Source: Candidatus Dojkabacteria bacterium (GTDB taxonomy: Bacteria; Patescibacteriota; Dojkabacteria; J137). From it: a stretch of 54,403 nt of DNA. The position numbers and the translations under genes are program-made. The stretch covers positions 1-54,403 of the forward strand of contig JBDSRX010000016.1 of NCBI GenBank assembly GCA_039929105.1, given 5' to 3'. Each line of letters begins with the position of its first letter. Within the stretch, counting starts at the first letter, position 1. The notes beneath the pieces were generated by a model, which saw only the letters and a program-made list of their open reading frames with translations, did no database searches and had not been told where the DNA came from. Positions 28,502 to 38,026 of the stretch are shown here, in pieces.

Positions 28502-29567
28502 AGTATTTTATTAAAGCATCAACAGGAGCAATGTTTGCATCTTTTTTGAGATCGTACAATAAGTTGTTTCTTATTTTAATAAAAGTTTCTTTGGTCTCAG
28601 CTATGGACTCATTGATAAGCTTTTCGAGAATAAGACCAATTTTGATAATAAGAAGAAATGTATAGTGAGAGTCAAGTTCGGGATTCTCCTCAGATACTCG
28701 TCTTTCTGTGTTAATCATTGCGTAAATTATATTTTCTAGTTCTTTTGTAGATAAATTCATAGTCCTTACGGTTCCAAGCATCAACCCCTCTAAGCTTTTT
28801 ACAGCTCGTAACAGCTTTTCACTTCTATTTAGTGTGTATTCTTCTCTTACATTTTTTCCATGTAAACTTGGATATACTTCTATTCTCCATCCACCATGAA
28901 TATCTTCAAGAAGAGTAAATAGAGTCTTACCTTTAGGGTCTGTAGTTAGGTAATCAGAAATATCTTTAAAAGCGTTCTTAGAATTAAGTCTTAGTATATT
29001 AAATCTAATTAACTCAAGCTCATTTAACGGATTGTTGCTATTTTTTATTACTAAATTGAACTCATCTGCAGTTTTCGCCCAATTATCATTATTCTTATAA
29101 AATGGCCTTGGACCGGAAACTATTTTTTTGACCCATTCGTTTATATCTTCCTCTGTGGCTGTAGCAATAGTATCTATAAAGTTGGATTTATAGACAGCTA
29201 ATCTATCTAAGAGAGGAAAATCATAATCTTCAGGAATAAAATTTTGCTCAAATGCACCAAAGTAATATCCAAATTTGAACAAAAGTTCTTCTTTAAAGCT
29301 TAAAAAATTGTCAATAAGAAGACCTTCCTTATTAATTTCTTTATCTGCAAATTCTTTTGCAATCCAATTCATTAGCTCAAACTCTATCATTCCAAAGTGA
29401 TGATCTACATCTCTTGTTAATCCAAATTGTTTTCCATTCCTAAGTAGTCCAATAAACCAGTTGAAATGGCCATTCTTTATAGCATCTGAATGGAAATCTA
29501 TATTATTCTCTTTTTCTGTTTCACCTTCGAACTCCTCTATTTTCGGTTCTCCTAATATTGCTACCAT
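28488..29567 (-). CDS. Hypothetical protein, 359 aa
   Basis: Long ORF overlapping the valS stop (7 nt) and the NUDIX start (14 nt); no motif recognised. Confidence 0.5.
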   Translation of the reverse strand: MVAILGEPKIEEFEGETEKENNIDFHSDAIKNGHFNWFIGLLRNGKQFGLTRDVDHHFGMIEFELMNWIAKEFADKEINKEGLLIDNFLSFKEELLFKFGYYFGAFEQNFIPEDYDFPLLDRLAVYKSNFIDTIATATEEDINEWVKKIVSGPRPFYKNNDNWAKTADEFNLVIKNSNNPLNELELIRFNILRLNSKNAFKDISDYLTTDPKGKTLFTLLEDIHGGWRIEVYPSLHGKNVREEYTLNRSEKLLRAVKSLEGLMLGTVRTMNLSTKELENIIYAMINTERRVSEENPELDSHYTFLLIIKIGLILEKLINESIAETKETFIKIRNNLLYDLKKDANIAPVDALIKYYGKN

Positions 29568-31909
29568 TTTGTGTACATTAAACTTCTAAAATCACCTTCT
29601 CTCTTTGGCATTTCTTGCCAAATGGTTTCTGTTATAAACGGAATAAACGGATGTAACATTTTAGTATATTCTTTGATTGTGTAGATTAATACATTTTTCA
29701 TCTCATTCTTTTCGTCAATATTAGGTTCAGAAATAATTTCATTAGTTTCTTTATTTCTAACAGAGTTTGTATGTTTCTTACTTAACTCAATTAATTCATC
29801 ACAAAATTTATGCCAGAACTCATCATATAGAGTCTCTGTTGCATACCCAAATTCGTAATTATCTATATTCTTAGTAACTTTCTCTTTAACTGATGTAATA
29901 TGCTCAATAATTTGTTTAGATAGGTCTAATTTCAAGGTTGTAGGTTGTGGGTTATAGGTTGTAGTGTCAAAATCCTGCAGAACGAACTTTGCTGCGTTCC
30001 AAAGCTTATTATTAAACTGTTTGAAGTTTTTCAATTTATCTGGGGAGATTACATAAGATCCACCAGCAGAATTCTGATAGAAGTAAGCCATTCTTAAAGC
30101 GTCACTCCCATATTCATTCCTAATCTGGTCAACATCTAATACATTACCTTTAGACTTACTCATCTTTTGACCATCTTTGCCTAAAACAATTCCTGTTAAG
30201 AATAAATTCTTGAATGGTTCTTTCTTATCCTTAAAGTATGTAAACATCATCATCCTAGAATCCCAGTTTTCCAAAATATCTGAAGCGGAAACTAAGACTG
30301 TAGTTGGAAAGAATGTATCCATAAGGTCATACTTAGTTAGAGTTGCGTAAACCCATTGACCAGAGCTAAACCAAGTATCTAAAACATTTTCATCTTGGTA
30401 CCAGTTTTGAGTTTTGAGTTTTGAGTTTTCAGATTGCGTAGGATTCTCTTTCTGTACTTTTAGGTGATCAGGGTTAGAGTAATCTAACACTTCTTTGTTT
30501 CCATCTATCTCAATATATTCAGTTACTTGTCCTTCTTCATTAATCTCCTCTGTAACTTTTCCTCCATACCAAACTGGAAGTCTGTATCCCCACCATAAAC
30601 TTCTAGAAATTGCCCAATCTCGAAGGTTATCCATCCAATGATTAAATTTTTGTACCATATTGTCTGGATGAATTTGAACAGATCCTTCTTTAACCATTTC
30701 AATTGCGGCTTCTTTCAAACCGTCATACTTTAAATACCACTGAGAAGACATTAAAGGTTCGACAACTGCTTTTGTTCTCTCCGTAATCAGAATATTCTGT
30801 TTAATTATTTCTTCGTGATCAAATTGACCAATAGTTTTTAGATCTTCAATTATTTCTGGTAAAGCTTCTTTATATTTTCTACCCTTAAACTTTGTAGGCA
30901 CTGTTCCAACAAGTTTTAATTCTTGAGAAACAACATTTCTATACCCAATCTTTTTATCTGGATTTGCAGCATTCCATTCCTGCATTATTTGATAGTCATC
31001 TTGTGCATGTGCAGGTGTAATTTTTAAAACACCAGTCCCAAAGTCAGTAAGAACCTTCGGATTAGTAATAATTGGAATTTCAATGTTTATTAGAGGAATA
31101 ATTACTGTTTTCCCAACCAGATCTGTGTATCTTGGATCTTTCGGATTTACTGCAACAGCAGTATCTCCAAACATTGTTTCCGGTCTTGTTGTAGCAACAG
31201 TCACATAGTTTCTAGTTGCTGGTTCCTGGTTATTAGTTGAATCATCCTTCACAAGATATTTAATATAGTAAATCTTTCCATCTCTTTCTTCTCTTAAACA
31301 TTGATTGTCTGCAACAGCAGTTCTAGCTTTAGGATCCCAATTTACTATTCTAACTCCCTTGTAGATCCTGCCATCTTTGTACATTTCTACAAATGTATTT
31401 AAAACTGTTTCTACAATATTAGGATCTAAAGTAAATGTATCTCTATCAAAGTCAGCAGAAAGTCCTATCTCTCTTTCGTCTTTTGCAGCAATATCAATAT
31501 TTTTTAGAAAGAATTCCATCATCTCTTTATAGAAATCTTCTCTTTTCATTTCAAACTTGTTTCTTCCTTGTTTCTCTAAAACTTCTCTAACAAAAACTCC
31601 TTCTCCTTCAAGTCCAGCATGATCTTTTCCAGGCATAACTAGAACTTTTTTACCTTGCATTCTTGCATATCTTGCCATTGCATCTTGATAAGCATAACCA
31701 GAAATATTTCCTATATGTGGACGTGCATATGCATTTGGAGGTGGACAAATTAAAGCCCAAGCTTCTCGTATATCAGACTTCATTTCTTCAGTAGTTTTAA
31801 CTTTATCTACAGATGGATCGAACTCTGGCTTATAGAATTTATTATCTAGCCAAAAATTCAACATCGCTTTTTCACTTTCAATAGGATTGTATGGTCCCTC
31901 TTTAAGCAT
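29561..31909 (-). CDS. valS: Valyl-tRNA synthetase (short form)
   Basis: PPPNAYARPHIGN, DWAISRSLWWGYRLPVWY, KMSKSKGN. Confidence 0.9.
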   Translation of the reverse strand: MLKEGPYNPIESEKAMLNFWLDNKFYKPEFDPSVDKVKTTEEMKSDIREAWALICPPPNAYARPHIGNISGYAYQDAMARYARMQGKKVLVMPGKDHAGLEGEGVFVREVLEKQGRNKFEMKREDFYKEMMEFFLKNIDIAAKDEREIGLSADFDRDTFTLDPNIVETVLNTFVEMYKDGRIYKGVRIVNWDPKARTAVADNQCLREERDGKIYYIKYLVKDDSTNNQEPATRNYVTVATTRPETMFGDTAVAVNPKDPRYTDLVGKTVIIPLINIEIPIITNPKVLTDFGTGVLKITPAHAQDDYQIMQEWNAANPDKKIGYRNVVSQELKLVGTVPTKFKGRKYKEALPEIIEDLKTIGQFDHEEIIKQNILITERTKAVVEPLMSSQWYLKYDGLKEAAIEMVKEGSVQIHPDNMVQKFNHWMDNLRDWAISRSLWWGYRLPVWYGGKVTEEINEEGQVTEYIEIDGNKEVLDYSNPDHLKVQKENPTQSENSKLKTQNWYQDENVLDTWFSSGQWVYATLTKYDLMDTFFPTTVLVSASDILENWDSRMMMFTYFKDKKEPFKNLFLTGIVLGKDGQKMSKSKGNVLDVDQIRNEYGSDALRMAYFYQNSAGGSYVISPDKLKNFKQFNNKLWNAAKFVLQDFDTTTYNPQPTTLKLDLSKQIIEHITSVKEKVTKNIDNYEFGYATETLYDEFWHKFCDELIELSKKHTNSVRNKETNEIISEPNIDEKNEMKNVLIYTIKEYTKMLHPFIPFITETIWQEMPKREGDFRSLMYTKW

Positions 31910-31948
31910 GCTAAAAATTTAATAGTTATAAGTTTTACATAGTAAGCT

Positions 31949-32302
31949 CTACGTATTCAATTTTGATTTAAATGATATTAACATCCTTTTTAAATGATCT
32001 ATTTGTTCATCTAAAAGTTTGAACTGATCATTATCAATATACTGCAAATCTTGAGAAATTATTAGATAACATTCAACCTCACTCAATGATCCTATTGCTA
32101 TAGTCACAAAGTTTGAAAAGTCTTTAGGAGTAAATCTTCCGGAACCTTCAGCAATATTGCCAGCAATAGAGATACTTGCTCTTCTTATTTGAGAGGTTAA
32201 ACCAAAAATTTCTTCTCTTGGAAATGTCTTTGTTACTTTATATATTGAGATAGTCAACTCTTTTGATTGAGTCCAAATTTTAAGTTTTTTGAAGTCTTGC
32301 AT
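31949..32302 (-). CDS. Four-helix-bundle protein (23S rRNA intervening-sequence protein / Avd-like family)
   Basis: LKIWTQSKELTISIYKVTKTFPREEIFGLTSQIRRASISIAGNIAEG...SLSEVECYL. Confidence 0.85.
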   Translation of the reverse strand: MQDFKKLKIWTQSKELTISIYKVTKTFPREEIFGLTSQIRRASISIAGNIAEGSGRFTPKDFSNFVTIAIGSLSEVECYLIISQDLQYIDNDQFKLLDEQIDHLKRMLISFKSKLNT

Positions 32303-32310
32303 TAGAAGTG

Positions 32311-32345
32311 AACGTAAAACGTATTACACATAACGAAAAACGAAT
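32311..32345. repeat. Five tandem 7-nt units just upstream of the four-helix-bundle gene start
   Basis: aacgtaa aacgtat tacacat aacgaaa aacgaat. Confidence 0.6.
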
Positions 32346-32439
32346 ATGGACAAGATTATACATTTTGGGATGTAAATTTACAAATTATTAAAAATATTTA
32401 TGCTAGACTTCGTCGTTTTGTTTTAAAAAATTACAAATT

Positions 32440-32730
32440 ATGGATAACTTTCAAGAACCTTCAGGAAAACAAGTCAAAATGCCGGATCTAGTTGTTGTAA
32501 AGGAATACATAATTACCTTTTTCCAAGCTTTTGATAATGAACAAATTAAAAAATTCTTTTTCTATAATGGAGTTTATTGGGTGAAATCAAATGTAAATAC
32601 TTCGCAGTTAATGAGAGATATGGTTATGATTTCTGCAGATCAAATTGATGGAATCTTAAGTGCAAGAGGTCTATATGAATATTTTCATCCAGAAATTGAG
32701 CCAGTTGCAGAAGTACAAACAGAACAGTAA
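32440..32730 (+). CDS. Hypothetical protein, 96 aa
   Basis: ORF only. Confidence 0.4.
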   Translation: MDNFQEPSGKQVKMPDLVVVKEYIITFFQAFDNEQIKKFFFYNGVYWVKSNVNTSQLMRDMVMISADQIDGILSARGLYEYFHPEIEPVAEVQTEQ

Positions 32731-32800
32731 CTTTCAAGTAAGTATTTACATCAGTTCCAAAAAATTGTTAAGATATATTTATACATATTAATTCAATTTC

Positions 32801-33346
32801 ATGGCAGAGTCTCAAACTTCAACTTCAACAATCAAATTAAAAGCAAAAAAGTTCATTTTAAAGATAGGAAATGATTATTTAGTAGTAAGAAATCTATTAG
32901 GACTTACTTGTTTTGCTCTAGCTTTTGGACTATTTATTTCTTATGCATATGTGAGAGGGGATATTGCAAAGACATTAGTTGCAATAATGGGATTAGTGAT
33001 TGTATTCCTAAGTTTAGGAATAATTTTAGAATTTATTCTAAAGACAGTGGCTATGGAGAATAATCCAAACGTAAAAAGATTTAGCGCTTTGCTTTCTGTA
33101 AATATGCTTCTAGGTTTAGCAGCACCATTGTTTATCTTTAATATGATTTTATGGGGAGTTGTCGAGTTATTCTCCCAAATGCATTACTACGGAACTGTTC
33201 TTTGTCAGATTAGAGTGGGTTTTATAAATTTCTATTACTATAACGCTATATTCTTTCAAGTTAATAACTTTATAAAGATAGTTATAGTGGCGGCATTCTT
33301 TATGTTTGTAGTAGGAGGATTTGTAGAAAGATACTGGAAGAAGTAA
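32801..33346 (+). CDS. Hypothetical membrane protein (4-5 TM)
   Basis: ORF with several long hydrophobic segments. Confidence 0.5.
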   Translation: MAESQTSTSTIKLKAKKFILKIGNDYLVVRNLLGLTCFALAFGLFISYAYVRGDIAKTLVAIMGLVIVFLSLGIILEFILKTVAMENNPNVKRFSALLSVNMLLGLAAPLFIFNMILWGVVELFSQMHYYGTVLCQIRVGFINFYYYNAIFFQVNNFIKIVIVAAFFMFVVGGFVERYWKK

Positions 33347-33358
33347 GTTTTTTGTTCA

Positions 33359-33388
33359 CGTATGTACGTTGCATGCAACGTACATACG
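33359..33388. repeat. Perfect 30-nt palindrome between convergent genes
   Basis: cgtatgtacgttgca|tgcaacgtacatacg; each half is the exact reverse complement of the other. Confidence 0.9.
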
Positions 33389-33418
33389 ATTCCATTATTA
33401 CGAAGTAACAAGCTTTGC

Positions 33419-34825
33419 TTATATTTTTACAACTTCAAATACATTGGGGAAGTATTCTTTATCACCAAAAGGAGTTTTGCTTAAGAATAGTATATTATCA
33501 CCCTTCTTTGTAATACCTAGTCTCAATGATTCGTCAATTACAGCTTGGACAGCAGCATCTCTATTCTTCTCAATTTTATCTAAAACAAATGCTTTTGTAA
33601 CTCCCTTGCTAATTGATAGTTCTCTTACATAGTTATGTGCAGACGTAAAAGCAAATAAAGGTTGCTTTAATCCATGTCTACCAATAGTTCTAGCAGTTCT
33701 TCCTGTTCTGGAAATAACAATAATTGCATTGATTGTATCACCCAACTCAATAGCCATTTGGGCAACAGCTTTAATTAAACCATCTGTAGCAAGTGGACCA
33801 CCAGTTCTTTCGTGTACAATTTTTGGTTCAACCTTAGGTTCAATTTCTAAAGCAATCTTTGACATAAATGCAACAGCTTCTACAGGATAAGCTCCTGCTG
33901 AAGATTCACCTGAAAGCATAACTGAATCTGATCCTTGTACTATTGCTGTAGCAACATCATTAACCTCTGCTCTTGTAGGTCTTGGATTCTCGATCATAGA
34001 CTCTAACATTTGAGTTGCAGTAATAACTGGTTTTCCAACTTTAATACATTTGTCGATTAATAATCTTTGTACCATTGGAACTTTTTCAAGTCCTAACTCT
34101 ACACCTAATCCTCCTCTAGCAACCATAATTCCATCAACTTCTTCTAGAATTTCATCAATGTTTTCTACTCCCATTCCATCTTCAATCTTTGCTATTAATT
34201 TCATGTTTGTACCAGCAGTATACTTTTTGATTGTTCTTGCACCTTCTGCAGATTGAATAAATGAAGCTGAAACAAAGTCCCAACCTAATTTAATAGAGTA
34301 CTCTAGATTAACAATATCCTTTTCAGTTAAAGAAGATGTTGCAAAGTCTGCTCCTGGTAAATTCAAAGCCTTTCCTGGTTTTAGAAGTTCTCCGAAAACT
34401 ACTTCACAATACATTTTGTCTCCTTTTACTTCTTTTACTACTAACTCTGTATCGCCATCTCCGATAACTACTCTTTGTCCAGGTTTTATAACTTTGTACA
34501 AATCTTTATAGTTTCCTGGATAAACCTCAGAACTCTCATCGTTTCCAATAATAATTTCATCTCCTGGCTTAACTTTCTTAGCTTCTGTGAATTTGTTCAT
34601 TCTAACTTCAGGACCTTTTACATCCATCATTAATCCAACATCATTACTTACATCTCTAACTAATTTTGTTACCTTGTCTAACTCAGCAACATCTGCAAAA
34701 GCTCCGTTAACTCTAGCAACATTCATACCTGCGTCAATCATTGCCTTCATTACTTTAGGGTCCCAGCTTGAGGGTCCGATTGTACATACAATCTTTGTTT
34801 TTTTGATTTTATCCATAAATATCAT
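33419..34825 (-). CDS. pyk: Pyruvate kinase
   Basis: KTKIVCTIGPSS, MVARGGLGVE, ATQMLESM. Confidence 0.9.
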   Translation of the reverse strand: MIFMDKIKKTKIVCTIGPSSWDPKVMKAMIDAGMNVARVNGAFADVAELDKVTKLVRDVSNDVGLMMDVKGPEVRMNKFTEAKKVKPGDEIIIGNDESSEVYPGNYKDLYKVIKPGQRVVIGDGDTELVVKEVKGDKMYCEVVFGELLKPGKALNLPGADFATSSLTEKDIVNLEYSIKLGWDFVSASFIQSAEGARTIKKYTAGTNMKLIAKIEDGMGVENIDEILEEVDGIMVARGGLGVELGLEKVPMVQRLLIDKCIKVGKPVITATQMLESMIENPRPTRAEVNDVATAIVQGSDSVMLSGESSAGAYPVEAVAFMSKIALEIEPKVEPKIVHERTGGPLATDGLIKAVAQMAIELGDTINAIIVISRTGRTARTIGRHGLKQPLFAFTSAHNYVRELSISKGVTKAFVLDKIEKNRDAAVQAVIDESLRLGITKKGDNILFLSKTPFGDKEYFPNVFEVVKI

Positions 34826-34952
34826 TTAAAAATTATCTAATTACAATTGCAAATTTTAGCACAAATGTAGTATGATTTTCTCCCACGCTAAAAATATTGG
34901 ATCAAGTCATTCACTTTTAGAGTCATATTAACTTATTTTTTATATTATTTTT

Positions 34953-35156
34953 ATGTCATTGCAACAACAATTAGAGGTAGAAGACTTAAGCCCAGAGCAA
35001 GTTCAAGTAAATTTTGAGACTGCAGTAATAGCTTTAACTAATTCACAAAAGTTAAAAGACTTCATATTGTCTTTAGGAGCTGAGAAAGGTAATGAAATGA
35101 TTGCTCAAGGTGAAAGTTTTCTTGAGGAGTTAGACTCAACTTTGAACGAAGGTTAG
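34953..35156 (+). CDS. Hypothetical acidic protein, 67 aa
   Basis: ORF followed by an intrinsic terminator. Confidence 0.35.
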   Translation: MSLQQQLEVEDLSPEQVQVNFETAVIALTNSQKLKDFILSLGAEKGNEMIAQGESFLEELDSTLNEG

Positions 35157-35167
35157 CAGCTGTAAAC

Positions 35168-35198
35168 AAAAAGGTCCCGCAAGGAGCCTTTTTTGTTT
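35168..35198. terminator. Bidirectional intrinsic terminator
   Basis: aaaaaggtccc-gcaa-ggagccttttt hairpin (one mismatch, one G-U) with A-run before and T-run after. Confidence 0.6.
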
Positions 35199-35231
35199 CT
35201 AATTTTTGTATATATTCAATTTCGAACCTAG

Positions 35232-36419
35232 TTATGCTTCTGATGGTCTTTTGCTTAATAAATAAGAGAAATTATTAAAAAGAGGTTCGTTTAAATTAAC
35301 ACCATCAGTTAACTCAAGCCCTTCAGGAATGTCAATTTCTGATGGATTAAGGCAAAAAATACCAGGGAGTATATCCATTTCATTCTTTATTATTGGACCA
35401 ATACCATTGGTCGACATGGGATCTATAAAAATTCTTTCATTATTAATTAATGTTGCAACTGCTGCTTTGTTTCTACCTATAAAAAATTGAACATCAGGAT
35501 TTTTATAAACAGAAGCATGTAATATTTGTAAAAGTTTTCTGTAAGTATATATATTATCCGTTAGTAAAGTCTGCCAAATTAAGCTTTTGTAGCTAGCATC
35601 TATATTCACGTTGTAGTCATTAGGATTTATCTCAACATTTCTCTCTCTAAGTTTACTGAAGATACTATTTACTGCTGCAATATTAAAAATTTGACTAACA
35701 GTACTTCTCGTAACCAAAGTAATGCATTTCTTGACCTCAACTTCCATTCTTAGAGATTTTGTAGTTTTAAAAAGACTAAATTGATCTCCAAATTGAGGCT
35801 CTATGCCATAAAAAGGATTTAAAAGATTTTCTTGAACTAAAAGATCGATAACAGGTGTAAGGGTAGGAGAAACAAGTAAAGAATTATGAGCTCTTTGCAA
35901 ATCTTTTGGTATTCGAGCAATATTATCTGAGTTAAGATTCATGTAGTGAATATCCTCTTGACCAGCAACATAAATGGTTTCATACTTCCAGTCTTCTTTT
36001 TCTACTAACAAGTAGGTTCTTAAATTTTTTCCAATTCGAGAATGTTTAATTACGCTTGCTAGTAATATTGCAAAAGCAGGATGGGCAATTATATTAATTT
36101 CATCACCATTATTCCCAGCATATCTAGCCATGCCCTCAAGACCTAATGTCTTTTCTAACTGAGGTACTAATCCTAAAGCATAATTAAGAACAAATACAAT
36201 TCTTTGGTAAACTCTCAAACCAAACTCTTTGTCACCTTCATCGCTCTCCTTAAAGTTTCTACTCTCAAGTAGCTCAACTAGTTCTTGAGTGCTGCCAATA
36301 ACATCTAATTGAATTAGAATTTCGGCACTACCTAGATGGTTCTCCGTAACCTCAGAAAGCCATTTAAATAAATCTGCTAAAAAAGGGGATCTTTCTATAT
36401 CAGGTCGATAATAATCCAT
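35232..36419 (-). CDS. Hypothetical protein, 395 aa
   Basis: ORF only; no motif recognised. Confidence 0.5.
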   Translation of the reverse strand: MDYYRPDIERSPFLADLFKWLSEVTENHLGSAEILIQLDVIGSTQELVELLESRNFKESDEGDKEFGLRVYQRIVFVLNYALGLVPQLEKTLGLEGMARYAGNNGDEINIIAHPAFAILLASVIKHSRIGKNLRTYLLVEKEDWKYETIYVAGQEDIHYMNLNSDNIARIPKDLQRAHNSLLVSPTLTPVIDLLVQENLLNPFYGIEPQFGDQFSLFKTTKSLRMEVEVKKCITLVTRSTVSQIFNIAAVNSIFSKLRERNVEINPNDYNVNIDASYKSLIWQTLLTDNIYTYRKLLQILHASVYKNPDVQFFIGRNKAAVATLINNERIFIDPMSTNGIGPIIKNEMDILPGIFCLNPSEIDIPEGLELTDGVNLNEPLFNNFSYLLSKRPSEA

Positions 36420-36471
36420 TTTGAAAAATAAAAAGAAAGTTCAGGGATATTTAATTTTAGAATGAGTTGAA

Positions 36472-36512
36472 CAAAAAAGAAACCTTCTTGTTAAAAACAA
36501 GAAGGTTTCTTC
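36472..36512 (-). terminator. Intrinsic terminator downstream of eno
   Basis: Perfect 14-bp stem gaaaccttcttgtt/aacaagaaggtttc, 3-nt loop, followed on the minus strand by TTTTTTG. Confidence 0.8.
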
Positions 36513-36529
36513 GAAATAATAACTTTAAC

Positions 36530-37771
36530 TTATATCAACTCTTCAATTCTTAGTAGTTCATTGAATTTAGCAGTTCTCTCTCCTCTACTTGGTGCTCCAG
36601 TCTTAATCTGACCGCAACCTGTTCCAACAGCAATATGAGAAATTGTTACATCTTCTGTTTCTCCACTTCTGTGAGAAAGAACATTGTTCCAACCAGCTTC
36701 TTTAGACATTTTCATAGCGTTTAGAGTTTCTGTTAAAGTTCCAATTTGGTTTACTTTAACAAGTAAAGCGTTACATGCTTTTTCATCAATACCTTTTTGA
36801 ACTCTTTTTACATTAGTTACAAGAAGATCGTCTCCAACAACTTGAATTTTTGCGCCAACTTCTGCTGTAAATGCTGTCCAGTGAGCCCAATCATCTTCTG
36901 CAAATGGATCTTCAATACTTCTAAATGGATATTTAGCAACCCATCCTTCTAAAGTTTTTTGCCATTCGTCAGCAGTTAATTCTTTACTCTCTGTTTTTAG
37001 AGTGTAAGTTTGTTTCTCTGCATTGTAGAATTCGCTAGAAGCAACATCCATTGCGAAAAATACATCAGTTCCTAAAACATAACCTGCTTTGTTAATAGCT
37101 TCTGTAATAACTTCAAAAGCTTCTTCGTTACTCTTAAATCCTGGAGCATACCCTCCTTCGTTACCAATGTTTACGTTTAATCCTTTCTCTTCTAAAATTT
37201 TTCCTAAGTTTAAGAAAATCTCACAAGCAGCTCTTAATTGTTCGTGGTATGGTCTGTTCTCAATAATAACCATAAATTCTTGAATATCAGTTGCCCAATT
37301 AGCATGTTTTCCTCCATTCATAATATTGAACATTGGAGTTGGTAATTTAATTTCTGGCTTTCCAAAAAGTTCATTTACATATTTATATAAAGGCATTTTC
37401 TTAGATGCAGCAGTTGCATGAGCAAAAGCCAAAGAAATTCCTAAGATTGCATTAGCTCCTAAGTTAGACTTAGTTTCTGTACCATCTTTCTGTAATAACC
37501 AAGAATCTAAAGCTTCTTGAGTATCAAACATCATAGAAGATAATTCTGCTTCTAATCCTTTAACATTAGCTACAGCTTTGTTAACAGATTTACCTAAGTA
37601 ATTAGATTTGTCTCCATCTCTAAGCTCTAAAGCCTCGTGTGTTCCAGTAGATGCTCCACTAGGAATTGCTGCTCTTCCAAAAGATCCATCATCAAGAGTT
37701 ATATCAACTTCTATAGTAGGAGTTGCTCTTGAATCTATAATCTGTCTTGCATGTAATTTTGCAATTTTCAT
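36530..37771 (-). CDS. eno: Enolase
   Basis: ARQIIDSRATPTIEV, SHRSGETED, 413 aa. Confidence 0.95.
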   Translation of the reverse strand: MKIAKLHARQIIDSRATPTIEVDITLDDGSFGRAAIPSGASTGTHEALELRDGDKSNYLGKSVNKAVANVKGLEAELSSMMFDTQEALDSWLLQKDGTETKSNLGANAILGISLAFAHATAASKKMPLYKYVNELFGKPEIKLPTPMFNIMNGGKHANWATDIQEFMVIIENRPYHEQLRAACEIFLNLGKILEEKGLNVNIGNEGGYAPGFKSNEEAFEVITEAINKAGYVLGTDVFFAMDVASSEFYNAEKQTYTLKTESKELTADEWQKTLEGWVAKYPFRSIEDPFAEDDWAHWTAFTAEVGAKIQVVGDDLLVTNVKRVQKGIDEKACNALLVKVNQIGTLTETLNAMKMSKEAGWNNVLSHRSGETEDVTISHIAVGTGCGQIKTGAPSRGERTAKFNELLRIEELI

Positions 37772-37799
37772 AAATTCTAAATAATAAATATCTATATAA

Positions 37800-37831
37800 G
37801 ATCCTTCGACTAGGTTCAGTACTCCCGATTA
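37800..37831. repeat. Hairpin-family element copy A in the eno leader
   Basis: gatccttcgactaggttcagtactcccgatta; the first 11 nt match the 53499 arm at 10 of 11 positions. Confidence 0.5.
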
Positions 37832-37890
37832 TATATTCATATAATCTACCCTTCGCTCACATAAGGAAAATAATTATACTTCGTATAATA

Positions 37891-37921
37891 TTTCCTTTCG
37901 ATCGCTCAGGACTCCAGATTA
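37891..37921. repeat. Hairpin-family element copy B in the eno leader (degenerate direct repeat of copy A)
   Basis: tttcctttcgatcgctcaggactccagatta; shares tcctt..cga...tcag.actcc.gatta with copy A. Confidence 0.5.
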
Positions 37922-37972
37922 TAGATTTTAAAATTAGGATTTGCAATTACAAACTAAAGTCATTGGCATTTG

Positions 37973-38001
37973 TTGACAGTATTAAGTTTTCAATATAAAC
38001 T
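37973..38001 (+). promoter_or_regulatory. Sigma-70-like promoter TTGACA-N17-TAAACT
   Basis: ttgaca (37973-37978), 17-nt spacer, taaact (37996-38001), 25 nt upstream of ATG 38027. Confidence 0.5.
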
Positions 38002-38026
38002 CCAATACTTATTAAACTTTTATAAT

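Noticed and set aside
31949-32302. Diversity-generating retroelement around the Avd-like gene
   Set aside because: There is no reverse transcriptase ORF and no template/variable repeat pair anywhere in the window.
31932-32320. Inverted repeats flanking the four-helix-bundle gene, analogous to the GIY-YIG and DUF559 cassettes
   Set aside because: Only a 7-bp match (gttttac / gtaaaac) and a 7-nt direct repeat (acgtatt) were found. Both are too short to distinguish from chance in AT-rich DNA.
37970-38026. TTG start at 37970 for the 167-aa version of the hypothetical protein
   Set aside because: That start lies upstream of the consensus TTGACA-N17-TAAACT promoter. The ATG at 38027 is downstream of it.
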